From assembly GCF_009914755.1 (NCBI RefSeq), contig NC_060947.1: DNA of 64,000 bases. The stretch is one strand, 5' to 3'. The stretch's first letter is position 1. Each line of letters opens with the position of its first letter. This DNA comes from the human T2T-CHM13v2.0 reference genome, Homo sapiens. Shown in pieces: positions 1 through 13,659 of this stretch. The notes under the pieces are model-generated. The model was not told where the DNA came from. It did no database searches and saw nothing but the letters and a program-made list of their open reading frames with translations. Both the position numbers and the translations under genes were made by a program.

Positions 1-1556
1 TACAGGATCCTTCTTATCAAAGATCATTAAAATTTAGGCCTAAGAGGAAGCCTTGCCCCAAGGAAATTCCCAAAGAATCAAAAGGCCCAGAAGTCTCAGT
101 TTGGGAAGAATGTGTGGCTGATACTGCTGTGGTATTACAAAACAATGAATTTGGAACTATTATAGACTGGGCCCCTCAAGGCCAATTATATTATGATTGT
201 ACAGGCCAGACTCACTGATGTTCACAGGCCCCATCCATCTGGCCCACTAATCCGGCCTATGATAGTGATTTAACTGAAAGGCTGGACCAGGTTTACAGAA
301 GGTTAGAATCACCCTATCCATGGAAATGGGGTGAAAAGGGAATTTCATCACTTCGAACAAAGTTAGTTAGTCCTGTTGTTGGTCCTGAACACCCAGAATT
401 ATGGAAGCTTACTGTGGCCTCGCACCACATTAGAATTTGGTCTGGAAATGAAGCTATAGGAACAAGAGATCGTAAGCCATATTATACTATTAACCTAAAT
501 TCCAATCTGACAATTCCTTTGCAAAGTTGTGTAAAACCCCCTTATATGTTAGTTGTAGGAAAAATAGTTATTAAACCAGATTCCCAAACTATAACCTGTG
601 AAAATTGTAGATTGTTTACTTGCATTGATTCGACTTCTGATTGGCAGCACCATATTCTGCTGGTGAGGGCAAGAGAGGGCGTGTGGATCCCTGTGTCCAT
701 GGACCGACCGTGGGAGGCTTCCCCATCCGTCCATATTTTAATGGAAGTATTAAAAGGAGTTCTAACTAGATCCAAAAGATTCATTTTTACTTTAATTGCA
801 GTCATTATGGGTCTTGTTGCAGTCACAGCTACTGCTGTGGCTGCTGGAATTGCTTTACACTCCTCTGTTCAAATGGTAAAATATGTAAATAATTGGCAAA
901 AGAATTCCTCAAAATTGTGGAATTCTCAGACCCAAATAGATCAAAAATTGGCAAACCAAATTAATGACCTTAGACAAACTGTCATTTGGATGCGAGATAG
1001 GCTCATGAGCTTGAAATATCTTTTTCAGTTACAGTGTGACTGGAATACGTCAGATTTTTGTATTACACCCCGAGCCTACAATGAGTCTGAGCATCACTGG
1101 GCCATGGTTAGATGCCATCTACAAGGAAGAGAAGATAATCTTACTTTAGATATTTCAAAATTAAAAGAACAAATTTTTGAGGCATCAAAAGCCCATTTAA
1201 ATCTGGTGCCAGAAACTGAGGCAATCGTGAAAGCTGCTGATGGCCTCACAAATCTTAATGCCGTCACTTGGGTTAAAACTATCAGAAGTTCCACTATTGT
1301 AAATTTCATATTAATCCTTGTATGTCTGTTCTGTCTGTTGTTAGTCTACAGGTGTATCCAACAGCTCCGAAGAGACAGTGACCAGCGAAAACGGGCCGTG
1401 ATGATGATGGTGGTTTTGTCAGAAAGAAAAGGGGGATATGCAGGCAAGAGAAAGAGAGATCAGACTGTTACTGTTGTCTGTGTAGAAAAGGAAGACATAA
1501 GAAACTCCATTTTGACCTGTACCCTGAACGATTGTTTTGCCCCGAGATGCTGTTAA
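1..1556 (+). pseudogene. env: HERV-K (HML-2) env, 3' part (end of SU plus TM), defective
   Basis: Frame from nt 3 reads [14 protein letters not shown]...[12 protein letters not shown] with an in-frame TGA at 216-218. It is then open to 1556, with furin site RSKR (768-779), fusion peptide [31 protein letters not shown] loop and TM anchor. Polypurine tract AGAAAAGGGGG ends at 1435. Confidence 0.93.
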
Positions 1557-2431
1557 TCTGTAACTTTGCCCCAACCTTGAGCTCACAGAAACATGTGTTG
1601 TACAGAATCAAGGTTTAAGGGACCTAGGGCTGTGCAGGACGTGCCTTGTTAACAAAATGCTTACAGGCAGTATGCTTGGTAAAAGTCATCGCCATTCTCC
1701 ATTCTCGATAAACCAGGGGCACAATGCACTGCGGAAAGCCGCAGGGACCTCTGCCCTGGAAAGCGGGATATTGTCCAAGGTTTCTCCCCATGTGATAGCC
1801 TGAGATATGGCCTCGTGGGATGAGAAAGACCTGACCGTCCCCCAGCCTGACACCCGTGAAGGGTCTGTGCTGAGGAGGATTAGTAAAAGAGGAAAGCCTC
1901 TTGCAGTTGAGATAAGAGGAAGGCCTCTGTCTCCTGCCTGCCCCTGGGAACTAAATGTCTCGGTATAAAACTCTATTGTACATTTGTTCTCTTCTGAGAT
2001 AGGAGAAAACCCACCCTGTGGCGGGAGGCGAGACATGTTGGTGGCAGCAATGCTGTTCTGTTACTCTTTACTCCACTGAGATGTTTGGGTGGAGAAAAGC
2101 ATAAATCTGGCCTATGTGCACATCCAGGCATAGTACCTTCCCTTGAACTTATTTGTGACACAGATTCCTTTGCTCACATGTTTTCTTGCTGACCGTCTCC
2201 GCACTATCACCCTGTTCTCCTACTACATTCCCCTTACTGAGATAGTAAAATAATAATCAATAAATACTGAGGGAACTCACAGACCGGTGCTGGTGCAGGT
2301 CCTCCGGATGCTGAGTGCCGTCTCCTGGGCCCACTGTTCTTTCTCCATACTTTGTGTCTTATTTCTTTTCTCAGTCTCTCGTCCCACCTGACGAGAAATA
2401 CCCACAGGTGTGGAGGGGCTGGCCCCCTTCA
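1439..2431 (+). mobile_element. HERV-K HML-2 3' LTR (LTR5B-like)
   Basis: Starts TG just after the PPT and ends CCCTTCA. TATAAAA near 1964 and AATAAA near 2259. Homologous in inverted orientation to 21198-22185. Confidence 0.9.
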
Positions 2432-2762
2432 TCCACCCACCTTGAGGAATCCATCTGAGAAACTCCTGGATATGCAAATGAGGTAGAATCCACCAGCATC
2501 TTAATGACACCACCACGTAAATAGTTTTTAGAATGTAAATGTCCACCAGCTGCGGAAAGGCTGAACAAATCACTGCACAACTGAGGAAGGCGAGGGGGGT
2601 TGGTACATCCAGGCCGTGCCAAAGCCGGTTCTGTCTCAGAGCAGCGGAGTTTTTCCAAGAGACGTGGGCACGCTGTGAGGAAGTCCCAGCAGGAAGCCAG
2701 GTGAATGCCACCTCCGCATGCCTGCCCCGGAGGGTGTGAGCGGCTTCCTTCTCCTCTGGATC
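2432..2762. repeat. 331-bp duplicated segment, inverted copy of 56771-57101 (end of the CTAG1/CTAG2 duplicon)
   Basis: Reverse complement aligns without gaps, about 3 substitutions by eye. The ORF track gives near-identical peptides at 2539-2739(+) and 56794-56994(-). Confidence 0.9.
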
Positions 2763-3157
2763 CTTTTTTGATCTCCACCTCAAAAAAAAAAAAAAAAAAA
2801 AAAGAAGTCTGGAAAGATTATATATAACTATAGGTATAGCAGAGATTTGAAAAACAATAAGATAAATTCACTGTAGTAAATTTAAAAAACGATTAACTGG
2901 ACATTGTGCTAGGAAAATATAATGAATTCGAGAAATAGAAAACATTTTTCTTTTTGGCCAAGACCACTCTCCAGGTGGGACTGTGCTTTCCCATTACATT
3001 GCACCAGGAAGTGCACCACATCTTTCTTTGTCTTTATTGTGATGCTATTTAGGTTCAGGTGGCGTCAGCCTGATCACTTTTTTTTTTTTTTTTGAGACAG
3101 GGTCTCTCTCTGTCACCCACATTGGAGTGCAGTGGTGAAATCCTAGCTCACTACAGC

Positions 3158-4700
3158 CACATTTTGTTTATCCATTCATCCGTTCATGGATGACACTTGG
3201 ATGGTTTCCACCTTTTGGCTATTGTCAATAATGATGCAACAAACATTGGCACAGAAGTATCTGTTTGAGGACCTGTGCTTTTTGAGCAGCCGCCAAACAG
3301 TTTTCCATAGTGCCTGCACGATTACATTCCAGTCGGGAATAGATGAGGGTTCCAACTTCTCCCCATCCTCGTCAACTCTTACTATTTTCTATTTTTTAAG
3401 TAACCATCCTAGTAACTTAACTGTGAAGTGGTATCTCATTGTGGTTTTGACTTGCGTTTCCCTAATGACTAAGGATGTTAAGCATCATTTCATGTGCTTA
3501 CTGGTCATTTCTGTATGTTTTTTGGAGAAATGTCTAAGTCTTTTGTCAATTCTTTAACTCAACTGTTTATCATTTTGCTTGAGTTTTAGGAGTGTGTTGT
3601 ATATTACGAGTTGAGTTTTAGGAGTGTGTTGTATATTATGGATACTACACCCTTATCAGATATGATTGGCAAATATTTTCTCACTTTCCTCAGCTTGTCT
3701 TTTCACTTTTGTGTTGAGGCTTAATATTACCATGCTGACCTGGCATCCATTTTGTTGTCTTCACATGAGTCCCCAGATGCCACACAATGCCCTTGGTTAA
3801 TAGCCTAAGCCCAGTTCCCAACCGCTGCCCTTCGATTCCACTTTCCTTCCCCTAAAAGCCATCTCACCAGTACACACACACACACCCAGCTGCCTGACCA
3901 AATGTAAAGTTAGATTAGGTCCACGTGGTGGGAGCCCCTTTTTGTGGGCATTTGCTTTGAATCCTCCAATCTTCTCACCCCCTACTGCGATGCTCTGACC
4001 ATCTCCCTGGACCCAAATAGAGGCAAGTGCCCCAGGTCCACACACACCCTCTGCACATGTTGAATGACCTCCGTGTAGCCTCCATAACCTGTGAGTAATA
4101 GAAGTTCTTTGTTTCCATCTTCTGGCTCTTCTAATCACTGAAGGAGTACTCTCCATTTTAAAGGAACTAAATTAAAACAACTTTCTTGATAATGTTCTTG
4201 AATGCACAAAAGTTTTTCATTCTGATGAAGTCCAGTTTAACTATCTTTTCTCTGGCTGCATGTACTTTTGGTTTCATATCTAAGAAGCTATTGCCAAATC
4301 CAAGGTCATGTAGATTCACCCTGTGGTTTCTTTGAAGAGTTTTATGGTTTTAGCTCTTACATTTAGGTTGCTGATCGATTTTGCGTTAATTTTTACTTAC
4401 TGCATTACATGGGGGTTCAACATCATTCTTTTGCATGAGTAATTCCACTTGTTCCAGCGCTGTTTGTTGAGGAGACTGCTGGATTGGCACTCTCGTCAAA
4501 AATTATTTAACCGGGGATCATATCAAGTTAAAAAGCTTCTGCACAGCAAAGGAAACAATCCACAAAGTGAAGAGACAACACACAGAATGGGACAAACTAT
4601 TTGCAAACTACCCATCTGATAAGGGATTAATGACCAGAATACATAAGGAACTCAAACAACGCTGTAGGGAAAAAAAAGTCTAATAATTCAAGTAAAAAAG
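3158..4700. mobile_element. Cluster of old L1 fragments (antisense ~3158-3710 and ~4175-4500; sense ~4513-4700)
   Basis: L1 motifs GTGGTATCTCATTGTGGTTTTG and AAAAGCTTCTGCACAGCAAAGGAAACAAT. Boundaries approximate. Confidence 0.7.
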
Positions 4701-5007
4701 AGGCCAAAGAAGCAAAGGAACAGGAGGGGTATAAGGAGGGTTGAGGGGGGGAGGGGATGGGGCAACCAGAGACAGGATGGAGATTTAAGGATCCCTGTGA
4801 TTCCCGAGATGACTCTGAGAGCATCAGCTGGGGAACCGGATGAAAATTCACAGCAGACGTGCATTGTTTGGAAGGAGGTGAGGAGCCAGAAACGGTGAGT
4901 TCTTCACTGAAGGAGTGACCACTTGATCTGTTCTTTGGCTGACTGCAGTACCTGAGACACGGTCTGCTCCATAAGAGGGACATCTTCATCCCCTTATTTA
5001 AAAAAAA

Positions 5008-5298
5008 TTTTTTTTGAGACAGCATCTCCTCTGTTGCTCAGGCTGGAGTGCAGTGGCACAGTCAAGGCCCACTGCAGCCTCCACCTCCCCAGGCTCAGGT
5101 GATTTTCCCACCTCAGCCTCCCGAGCAGCTGGGACTACAAGCACGGCATACATTGCCTGGCTAATGTTTTCTGTTTTTAGTAGAGACGAGGTATCACCAT
5201 GTTGCCCAGGCTGGTCTCAAACTTCTGGGCTCAAGCAATTCTCTCACCTTGGCTTCCCAAAATGCCGGGATTACAGGTATGAGCCACCTCGGGGAGCC
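5008..5298 (-). mobile_element. Alu (AluJ-like)
   Basis: Antisense Alu dimer motifs preceded by a T tract. Confidence 0.85.
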
Positions 5299-5510
5299 AG
5301 AATTTCTTTCTTAAATGTTTGATTCATTAACCAATAGAGCACCCAGCCTGGAGTTTTCTATGTGGCAAGGTTTTTAATTATGAATTTATATGGGTAATTG
5401 ATATAAAACTCCTTTTTTTCTTGTGTCAGTTTTAGTAATATGTGTCTTTCAATGAAATTATACATTTCATCGAAGTCATTGAATTTATAGTTACAGAGCT
5501 GTTAATAGCA

Positions 5511-5813
5511 TTCTTTTTTTTTTTTTTTTTTTGAGACAGAGTCTCGCTCTGTCGCCCTGGCTGGAGTGCAGTGGCGCGATCTCGGCTCACTGCAAGCTCC
5601 GCTTCCCAGGTTCACGCCATTCTCCTGCCTCAGCCTCCTGAGTAGCTGGGACTACAGGCTCCTGCCACCATGCCCGGCCAATTTTTTTGTATTTTTAGTA
5701 GAGACAGGGTTTCACCATGTTAGCCAGGATGGTCTCGATCTCCTGACCTCGTGATCCACCCGCCTCAGCCTCCCAAAGTGCTGGGATTACAGGCGTGAGC
5801 CACCGCGCCCGGC
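5511..5813 (-). mobile_element. Alu (AluY/Sc-like)
   Basis: Full antisense Alu with poly-T and retained CpGs. Confidence 0.9.
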
Positions 5814-5920
5814 CAATAGCATTCTTTACTAGCCTTTGACTTGTTTCACTGATGTCTGCTTTGTGATTTATTAGGTCCTCCTTCTGCTTGTCTGGGGCTA
5901 ACTTTCTCTTTTCCTCTAGG

Positions 5921-6083
5921 GTGCATACCCTTCCACCCACCTTGAGGAATCCATCTGAGAAACTCCTGGATTTGCAAGTTAGGTAGAATCCACCAGCATC
6001 TTAATGACACCACCACGTAAATAGTTTTTAGAATGTAAATGTTCATCAGCCGCAGAAAAATTAAATAAATCACTGCACAACTG
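5921..6083 (+). repeat. Short diverged direct copy of the provirus-flank sequence, spanning the empty integration site
   Basis: 5932-6083 matches 2432-2583 (offset 3500). 5921-5931 GTGCATACCCT matches the reverse complement of 22192-22202. Confidence 0.85.
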
Positions 6084-6689
6084 CCCCAGGGGAAAAAGTG
6101 TGAGGAAGCTAGAGAGAGAGCATGGTAGATAGTTGGGTACTAGCATAGAAAGAGGTTAAAACAAGTCACCAGATCTCTGCATATAGGCTATGGCACACTC
6201 TTGTTTTGGCAGTGTGCTCCCGCCACGTGAGCATGTAGGGATGTGCACAGTAACTCCCTGGAAAGCCACCTCCACGCTCAAGAGTGCTCATCGCTGGACA
6301 ATAGCTTTAGGGAAATAAAACCTTCACCTTTTAAATCTCAGACTTCCATGTTGAAATATTTTCATCAAGCATGTATTACTTTGGAAATACACGCCTTTAC
6401 TTTATAAAAGAAGAGTCTGCTCGAATAAGAAACCATCTCTCCTAGTCCTGTTCTTTCAAAACATTGGAAGTGGATTTTGAGTGTGTTGAAATGTCTGTGC
6501 CACAGCAGAGGGCACCTGTTGGTTTTGTCACCCAACCTCTGTTCCCCTGTACCAGTGTGCATATTTCCCCTAGAACCACTCCCTCCCTTTCCCTTCAGCA
6601 GTTTTGATTCTGCTGGAGTTGACTTCACCCCAGATTCCAGGTGGAATGACTCATCCTTCCTCTCTCACTATGTGATGCCAGCTTTCCGC

Positions 6690-6846
6690 CAGTTCCTGCC
6701 AGAAGTAGATGTGGTCTGAGGCCCTCACCAGAAGCAGATGCTGGCACCACCCATCTTACAGCTGCAGAACTATGAGCCAAATAAAACTCTTTATGAATTT
6801 CTCAGCATCAGGTATTCCTCTATAGCAATGCAAACAGACTAAGACA
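6690..6846 (+). mobile_element. MaLR LTR 3' fragment (MST-like)
   Basis: GAGGCCCTCACCAGAAGCAGATGCTGG ... CAAACAGACTAAGACA terminal motif. Confidence 0.65.
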
Positions 6847-7396
6847 GGGATTGAGTCCTTGCTGAAAAGCCCTCAAAAGCTGCGATGGTAGAAAAAGCAG
6901 CGAATGAGTCTTCTGTGCATAAGAATCCAAATAGGGAGGAGTGAGCCTGCAAGGGAGTCCCAGGAGGAAAGGGAGGAGGAGAACGGGCACAGGGACCAGC
7001 TCTTTCCAGATAGGGCTCCCCAACCTGGTCCACAAGTGCGGGCTTCATTCACCCAGAGCTTGAGTCTTTAGTTTCATTGTCCCGTGACCCCGTCCCGCCA
7101 CCTCTGCCCAAACATGGCCCAGGTGCAGCCGGCCACCCTAGCCCCATGGCTGGATGGCTAGAGCTGGCGGCTTTTAAACCCAAGTCAGGTGGCCCCAGTC
7201 CTCTGCTCTAAGCTGTCCAGTGGGCTTCCCTCACTCACAGTGAAAGCCAGAGCCCTGATGGCAGCCTACAGTCCCGACATGATCGAGCCTTTCCTCTCTG
7301 GCCTTCTCACCTCCCACACTTGCCCTTGCTCACGCTGATGCAGCCACACAGGGCCCCTGGCCCTTTCTGGAACACACCAGGCACACTTCTGCCTCA

Positions 7397-7717
<321 letters not shown>

Positions 7718-10117
7718 GAATAAATGCTTGTTGAATGAATGTCTGTTTCTCATTTCTGCATTTTCTACAGTTAGTGCAGGGTCAGGCATAGAGTGAGAAG
7801 AGCAGAGGGCAAAGGGCGAGCCAGGTCGCCGAGTGGGAGTGACGGGGACAGAGTTAGGAGAGAGTCAGGGAGGGAATGGTCTCAGGACAACAGGGGCTCA
7901 AGCACCTGGTGTGGGACCACACCCTTGGCTGGTCTGTTTCCCTGGCATCCCTCGGGGAGGCGTTTGTTTCCTCCTTCCCTTGGCAGGACCTGGTGTTTCG
8001 CCTGCTATTTCTCCCCGTGCGTCCCTCTATCCCAGCAATCTTAAAAGATTCTCGAAATTCAGCAAAGCAAGAATCAAGGAGAGTTCAGTGCCAGTGGAGC
8101 TGTCAACTGCAGGAGCCATTTCTACTAGGACCACTGATCCACAAAGTGGGTTCAGCGAAAGCAGAAAACCCATTTTAATCATGGTTTTGCTCAGCATAGG
8201 TGGTGACTGTGATTCCAGCTTCCCAGCCACTTTCGCGTTGCACTGAGGATTACTTGGTTGTTTTACTTACCTGAAGGGCACCTGGAGTCTTTGAGCTGGA
8301 CAGGTCCCCAGAGGGCCATGTGCCCACTCCTCGCCTTAGAGCTCTGGGTCAGGAAGCCTTCTTCCTTGGATGACCCACCTCCTGCTACTGCCCCCGCCAC
8401 TGGCTCCTGCCCCAGGTCCCCTGTCCCGACGGAGCCCAGCCCAGCTTGGGCTTCCCCTCTGGCATCTCCTCTCGCTATGGTCACAGGAGCCCAGGGTGGA
8501 AGGACTGGCAGAGGGAAGGGTGACCGGCCTCCCTCCAGACAGGGGTTCCCTCCAGCGAGAGCCCAGCCCCCTCCTGCGACCCAGCCCAGCCTCCCCCAGC
8601 CCCTCCATTGTCCCTGGCCGGCCCTCCCTGCGGGTAGGCAAGAACCTGCTTTCTGGGTTCATGTGTGTCTTCCTTGGACTCGTGCCCTTGGCTATAGCTT
8701 TGCCACGTCAAATCATGTCCACTCTTTTCTCTGCACCATGCTGCGGAGACATGGTGTGTGTTTTGTTTCCTTTGGGCCCTAAACCTTGAAAACACTGAAA
8801 GACACAAAAAGGAAGGTAAAAGTCACACAGCATGCAGACGCTTGAAAAGTAAGACATGAAAGTCAGAGTGAAGGTTCCTGCTCCTTCCGTCTTTCCCCAC
8901 TCTCCAGAGAGAACCATTCTTAGCTGCCAGGGACATTTTCTTCCCTGCTTGGTACTGTGCATGCAAACACGCACTCACGCACTCACGCACTCACGCGCAC
9001 ACACGTGTTCACACACACGCACGCACACACACATACACACACGTGCATGTGCACAAACACCACACTCACCCACTGCAAACATTCAATGGGATCATAGTCT
9101 ACAAACTTCCCACCCTTATTGCAGTAATTTAATTTGTTACTTAACGAAATGTCTGGGAGCGGTTTTCAGTCAGCACTTACTGGCTTACTTCATTCTTTGT
9201 AGCTGCTGCATTCCGCAATATGAATGCGCTCTAATTTAACTAATTATAGATTAATACTAATAACAGAAAGTAATAATACACATAAACAAAAATAAAATCT
9301 AACTAAAATAAATCATAATTTCATCAGTCTTTGAGTACTTTGCTGTTGAAGTGGCTTCTGGCATTTCTTTTTTACCACAGCCCATGGCACAGAGCACATC
9401 CTGGCATAGAGCATGGCATGCCCGGCTTTTCTCACTCCCCTGAGCACCCCTGGAGAGGAGGCCTGGGGTGACCTGGGAGGGGCAGAAATCCAGAGAGCAG
9501 CCCCGTCTAGGAGACTCTTCCGTTGAGAACCATCTGCTGTCAGTGAGAGTAGCCCATCCTCAGGTGAACAGTGGCGGGGCCCAGTGGCTTCCTGGAGCTC
9601 AGACAGTGGCTTTCCAGCCTGTCTGGACCACAGGGAGCAGCCCTCAGAAGAATTTGCTGGCAGCTCTTAGGAAGGGAGTGTCCTTCGAGGAGTCAGCAAG
9701 GTCTGCAACTTGCCTTAAATAGAGGCGAACACGGGACTCAGAAAGTCCCAGGAGAGGCCAGGAAGGCACCGGCCGGCCGTACTGGGACTCACCCACCGAG
9801 GGGAGTGACTTCACCAGGTCACTCAGTTCCTCAGGTTCCCAGCGGAACCCAAACCCTGACCGTTTATGTCTTATGTGCCAACCCTAGAGATGGCATAGGT
9901 CTGGGCAATGTTGCTTCAGTCAGATCTGCTGAAAAGGCAGCTCCCGCTATGCAATTACCAGCGTGTGAATGGGTCTCAGGCTGACTCCAGAGGCCAGAAA
10001 CTTAGAGGGTTGGCTTGGGTGGAATTCCGTGACCACGCCTTGCTAGAGAGACATGTAAAGTGGGCAATGGGGCCTGAGATTGGTGGCCTTTGAAACACTG
10101 CTCCCCTTGCCCCGCCA

Positions 10118-10118
<1 letters not shown>

Positions 10119-10158
<40 letters not shown>
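10119..10158. repeat. (CA)n microsatellite
   Basis: About 20 CA units. Confidence 0.95.
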
Positions 10159-10161
<3 letters not shown>

Positions 10162-10481
10162 ACTGGGCTGGGATTCTGTGCTTCTTTGTAATAACTCGGA
10201 GAGGGCATTCTTTGGGGCCCTCAGGCCTCCACATTTAATCTGCGAAACCACAGTCATCAAAGTGAGTGAGTCATCTTCAGGGAGTGAGATGGGGAATCAG
10301 AGTCAGAGAACCCGAGAATGCTACCACTCAGCTGACCTAACCTTCCACCTAATCCCATCGTCACCCCAGGCGAGTGTAGCCACATCCCAATGACTCCTGA
10401 CTGGGGTGCAGCCCAACGTCCAGCCTGCACCACGGTCGCCCTCTCAGTAGAGCAGGACGGAGGTCACCGCTGCCCAGTCCG

Positions 10482-11190
10482 GTCAGGACGCTCCATCATC
10501 CCCTGCCTGCCAGCTGCAGCCACTCTAGGCTGCCAACTCCGCGTCTGCCACCACTGCCCTTTCCAGGTATACCAGTGCACAGGCCAATGCCACTGCCAGG
10601 CCTCAGAAGCTTCCAATCCTTGGAAGGCCAGCTCGGCTTCTTACGGGAAACCACAAAACAGGAAACAGGACCCCCAGACAGCTCTGTCTGAGCTTAGAAT
10701 CACACACTCTCCCTCGAATCACTCCAGTAGCTTCTGCCTCTGCCTCCACCCCCAGAGGGGCTCCCAACACCGCACGGTGGTGCCTTTCCAGCCCCTCCAC
10801 CTTGCTCTTCCCCCTTCCTCCTCTCAGGCACCCATCTGACGTCAGCCACAGTTGCTAAAGCAGAGCTCTTCTGCTTATAATGGAGGCACAGGCCGTGGAA
10901 ACCCTATTGTTCTCAGCACCCAGGGAACAGGCTTTGGGAGGTGCCCTATGAGGGATCTTGCCTTGCAAGTGGGAAGCATGCGGGACTGTTCCAGAGTTGC
11001 TGAGACTTCCTGAACTAAGCCAGCCAACAGCAGAAACCCAAGGACACTGTGGGAGACAGATGGCCTGGAGGCCCAGGTGGCATTGGCCCATGCACTGGTG
11101 TACCTGGAAAGGGCAGTGGTGGTGGACGCGGGGTTGGCAGTCTAGAGTGGCGGTGGCCGGCAGGCAGGGGACGATGGAGCGCCCTGAGAG
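10482..11190. repeat. ~120-bp imperfect inverted repeat (arms ~10482-10605 and ~11066-11190)
   Basis: Reverse complement of the left arm aligns to the right arm. The ORF track shows SGRSIIPCLP...CPFQVYQC (+) versus SGRSIVPCLP...CPFQVHQC (-). Confidence 0.85.
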
Positions 11191-11744
11191 TGCCTGCTCA
11201 GGGAGACCTTGGGGCGCCTTCGGCAGGCAGCTTTCCGGCCAGGATTGCCTCGGCATAGGGCCCCGAGGGAGGAATGGAAAGGGAAGAAGATTCCAATAGA
11301 AACCGAACATTTCGAAAGAAAGGCACCGCAAATGACACCTCAGTAACTGTGGCTGTTGCCTTTGCAAATTTCTAGACATCCTAAAGCAGCGATAGCTCAG
11401 GTACCACAGCTCTCAAAATTACCCAGACTTTCTACACCTCCCTCAACTTAGATACCAATTAGAGATCACTGATTCTGATAGGGTCTGGGGCAACGTGGGA
11501 CTGAGTTCTGGGAACATAATTCTACTGGGATGGGACACTGGCTTGTCTTCTACATTTGGTGGCTATAGGGCCGGGGCTAGATATTCCTGTGCATCCTATG
11601 AACTCTTTAAAGGGGAAACTCACAGTGAGTTGGCATTTAAATAACCCAACTGCCGAGGCACTGAATAAACAGCACCCATTCCTGTGGATGGTGGTCTAGA
11701 CTGCAAACCTCTGGGCCCACAAGCCATCGAGAACATCTAGCTGA

Positions 11745-12643
<899 letters not shown>

Positions 12644-12964
12644 CCGGCTAATTTATTTTTATTTTTTTGTAGAGACAGGGTCTCCCTATGTTGTCCAGGC
12701 TGATCAGGAGAATTTTGAACTTTATTGTCTCTGCAGGTAATTCTTCATGGGAGAGGGTTTACATTTGGGACATGTGCTATGTTGGACTCTCATTGTTAGA
12801 ATATCTCATAGATGCCATTTGACCTTGTTGCAGAACCTCTGATGAGATATGTTGGGCAACGATGGCCAGAAATAATTTGGGATGAGGAAACAGAGTAAGG
12901 GGTAAACTTTTGGCTGTGGGTACACCATAGACTTACTAGTTAAGCCCAATGGGTTAAGAGGTAT

Positions 12965-13659
12965 GTATCTGACCATTTTCATACTGCTACTGTTGTAGGA
13001 CTTTCTGCTCAGTTCAGCTAAAAACTGGGTTCTTGTCACATGACCAGGAAAGATTTGGCACACAGACATTTTGAAGGGTGAGGGGTTATGGAATATATTG
13101 GGCAAAAAGGAAAAAGACTCTCAGCAAAGCCAGAGGGGTTCCTGTTAACAGGCCCCCATCTCACAGGTTGAATCCCAGGTTACCGCACAGGAACAGGAGG
13201 GGCCAGGCTCCTCCCGCCTGGAAATGGCACAAACTTCCATGGCGCTACCCTGTTCTCCCAGTGCCCTAGCCGGTTGGAGCTTCTCCAGGGCCCCTTTCTA
13301 CTTGGCTGTTTCACTATGAAGAAATACCCAACACTGGGTAGTTTATAAAGAAAGAGAGGTTCAATGGACTCACAGTTCCACGTGGCTGGGGAGGCCTCAC
13401 AATCATGGCGGAAGGCGAAGGATGAGCAAAGGCATGTCTTACATGGCGGCAGGCAAGACAGCGTGTGCAGGGGAACTGCCCTCTGTAAAACCATCAGATC
13501 TCGTGAGACTTATTCACTACCGTGAGAACACCATGGGAAAGACCCGCCCCCATGATTCCATTACCTCCCCCTGGGTCCCTCCCATGACCCGACCCGTGGG
13601 GATTATGGGAGCTACAGTTCAAGATGAGATCTGGGTGGGGACACAGCCAAACCATATCA
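12965..13659 (-). mobile_element. THE1 LTR interrupted by an ERV1 solo LTR (MER61/MER50-group-like, 12991-13313)
   Basis: THE1 motifs ending CAGCCAAACCATATCA. The inner element has TG...CA ends and a 4-bp TSD CTAC/CTAT. Confidence 0.7.

Noticed and set aside
5014-5754. Alu-derived ORFs (also at 23190, 33571, 36104, 45117, 55146)
   Set aside because: Standard Alu translation artefacts.
7930-8260. Hydrophobic short ORFs in unique-looking DNA
   Set aside because: No recognisable domain or convincing exon boundaries.
12721-12742. Recursive-splice-like TGTCTCTGCAG|GTAATT motif
   Set aside because: Single short motif with no known long host intron; expected by chance.
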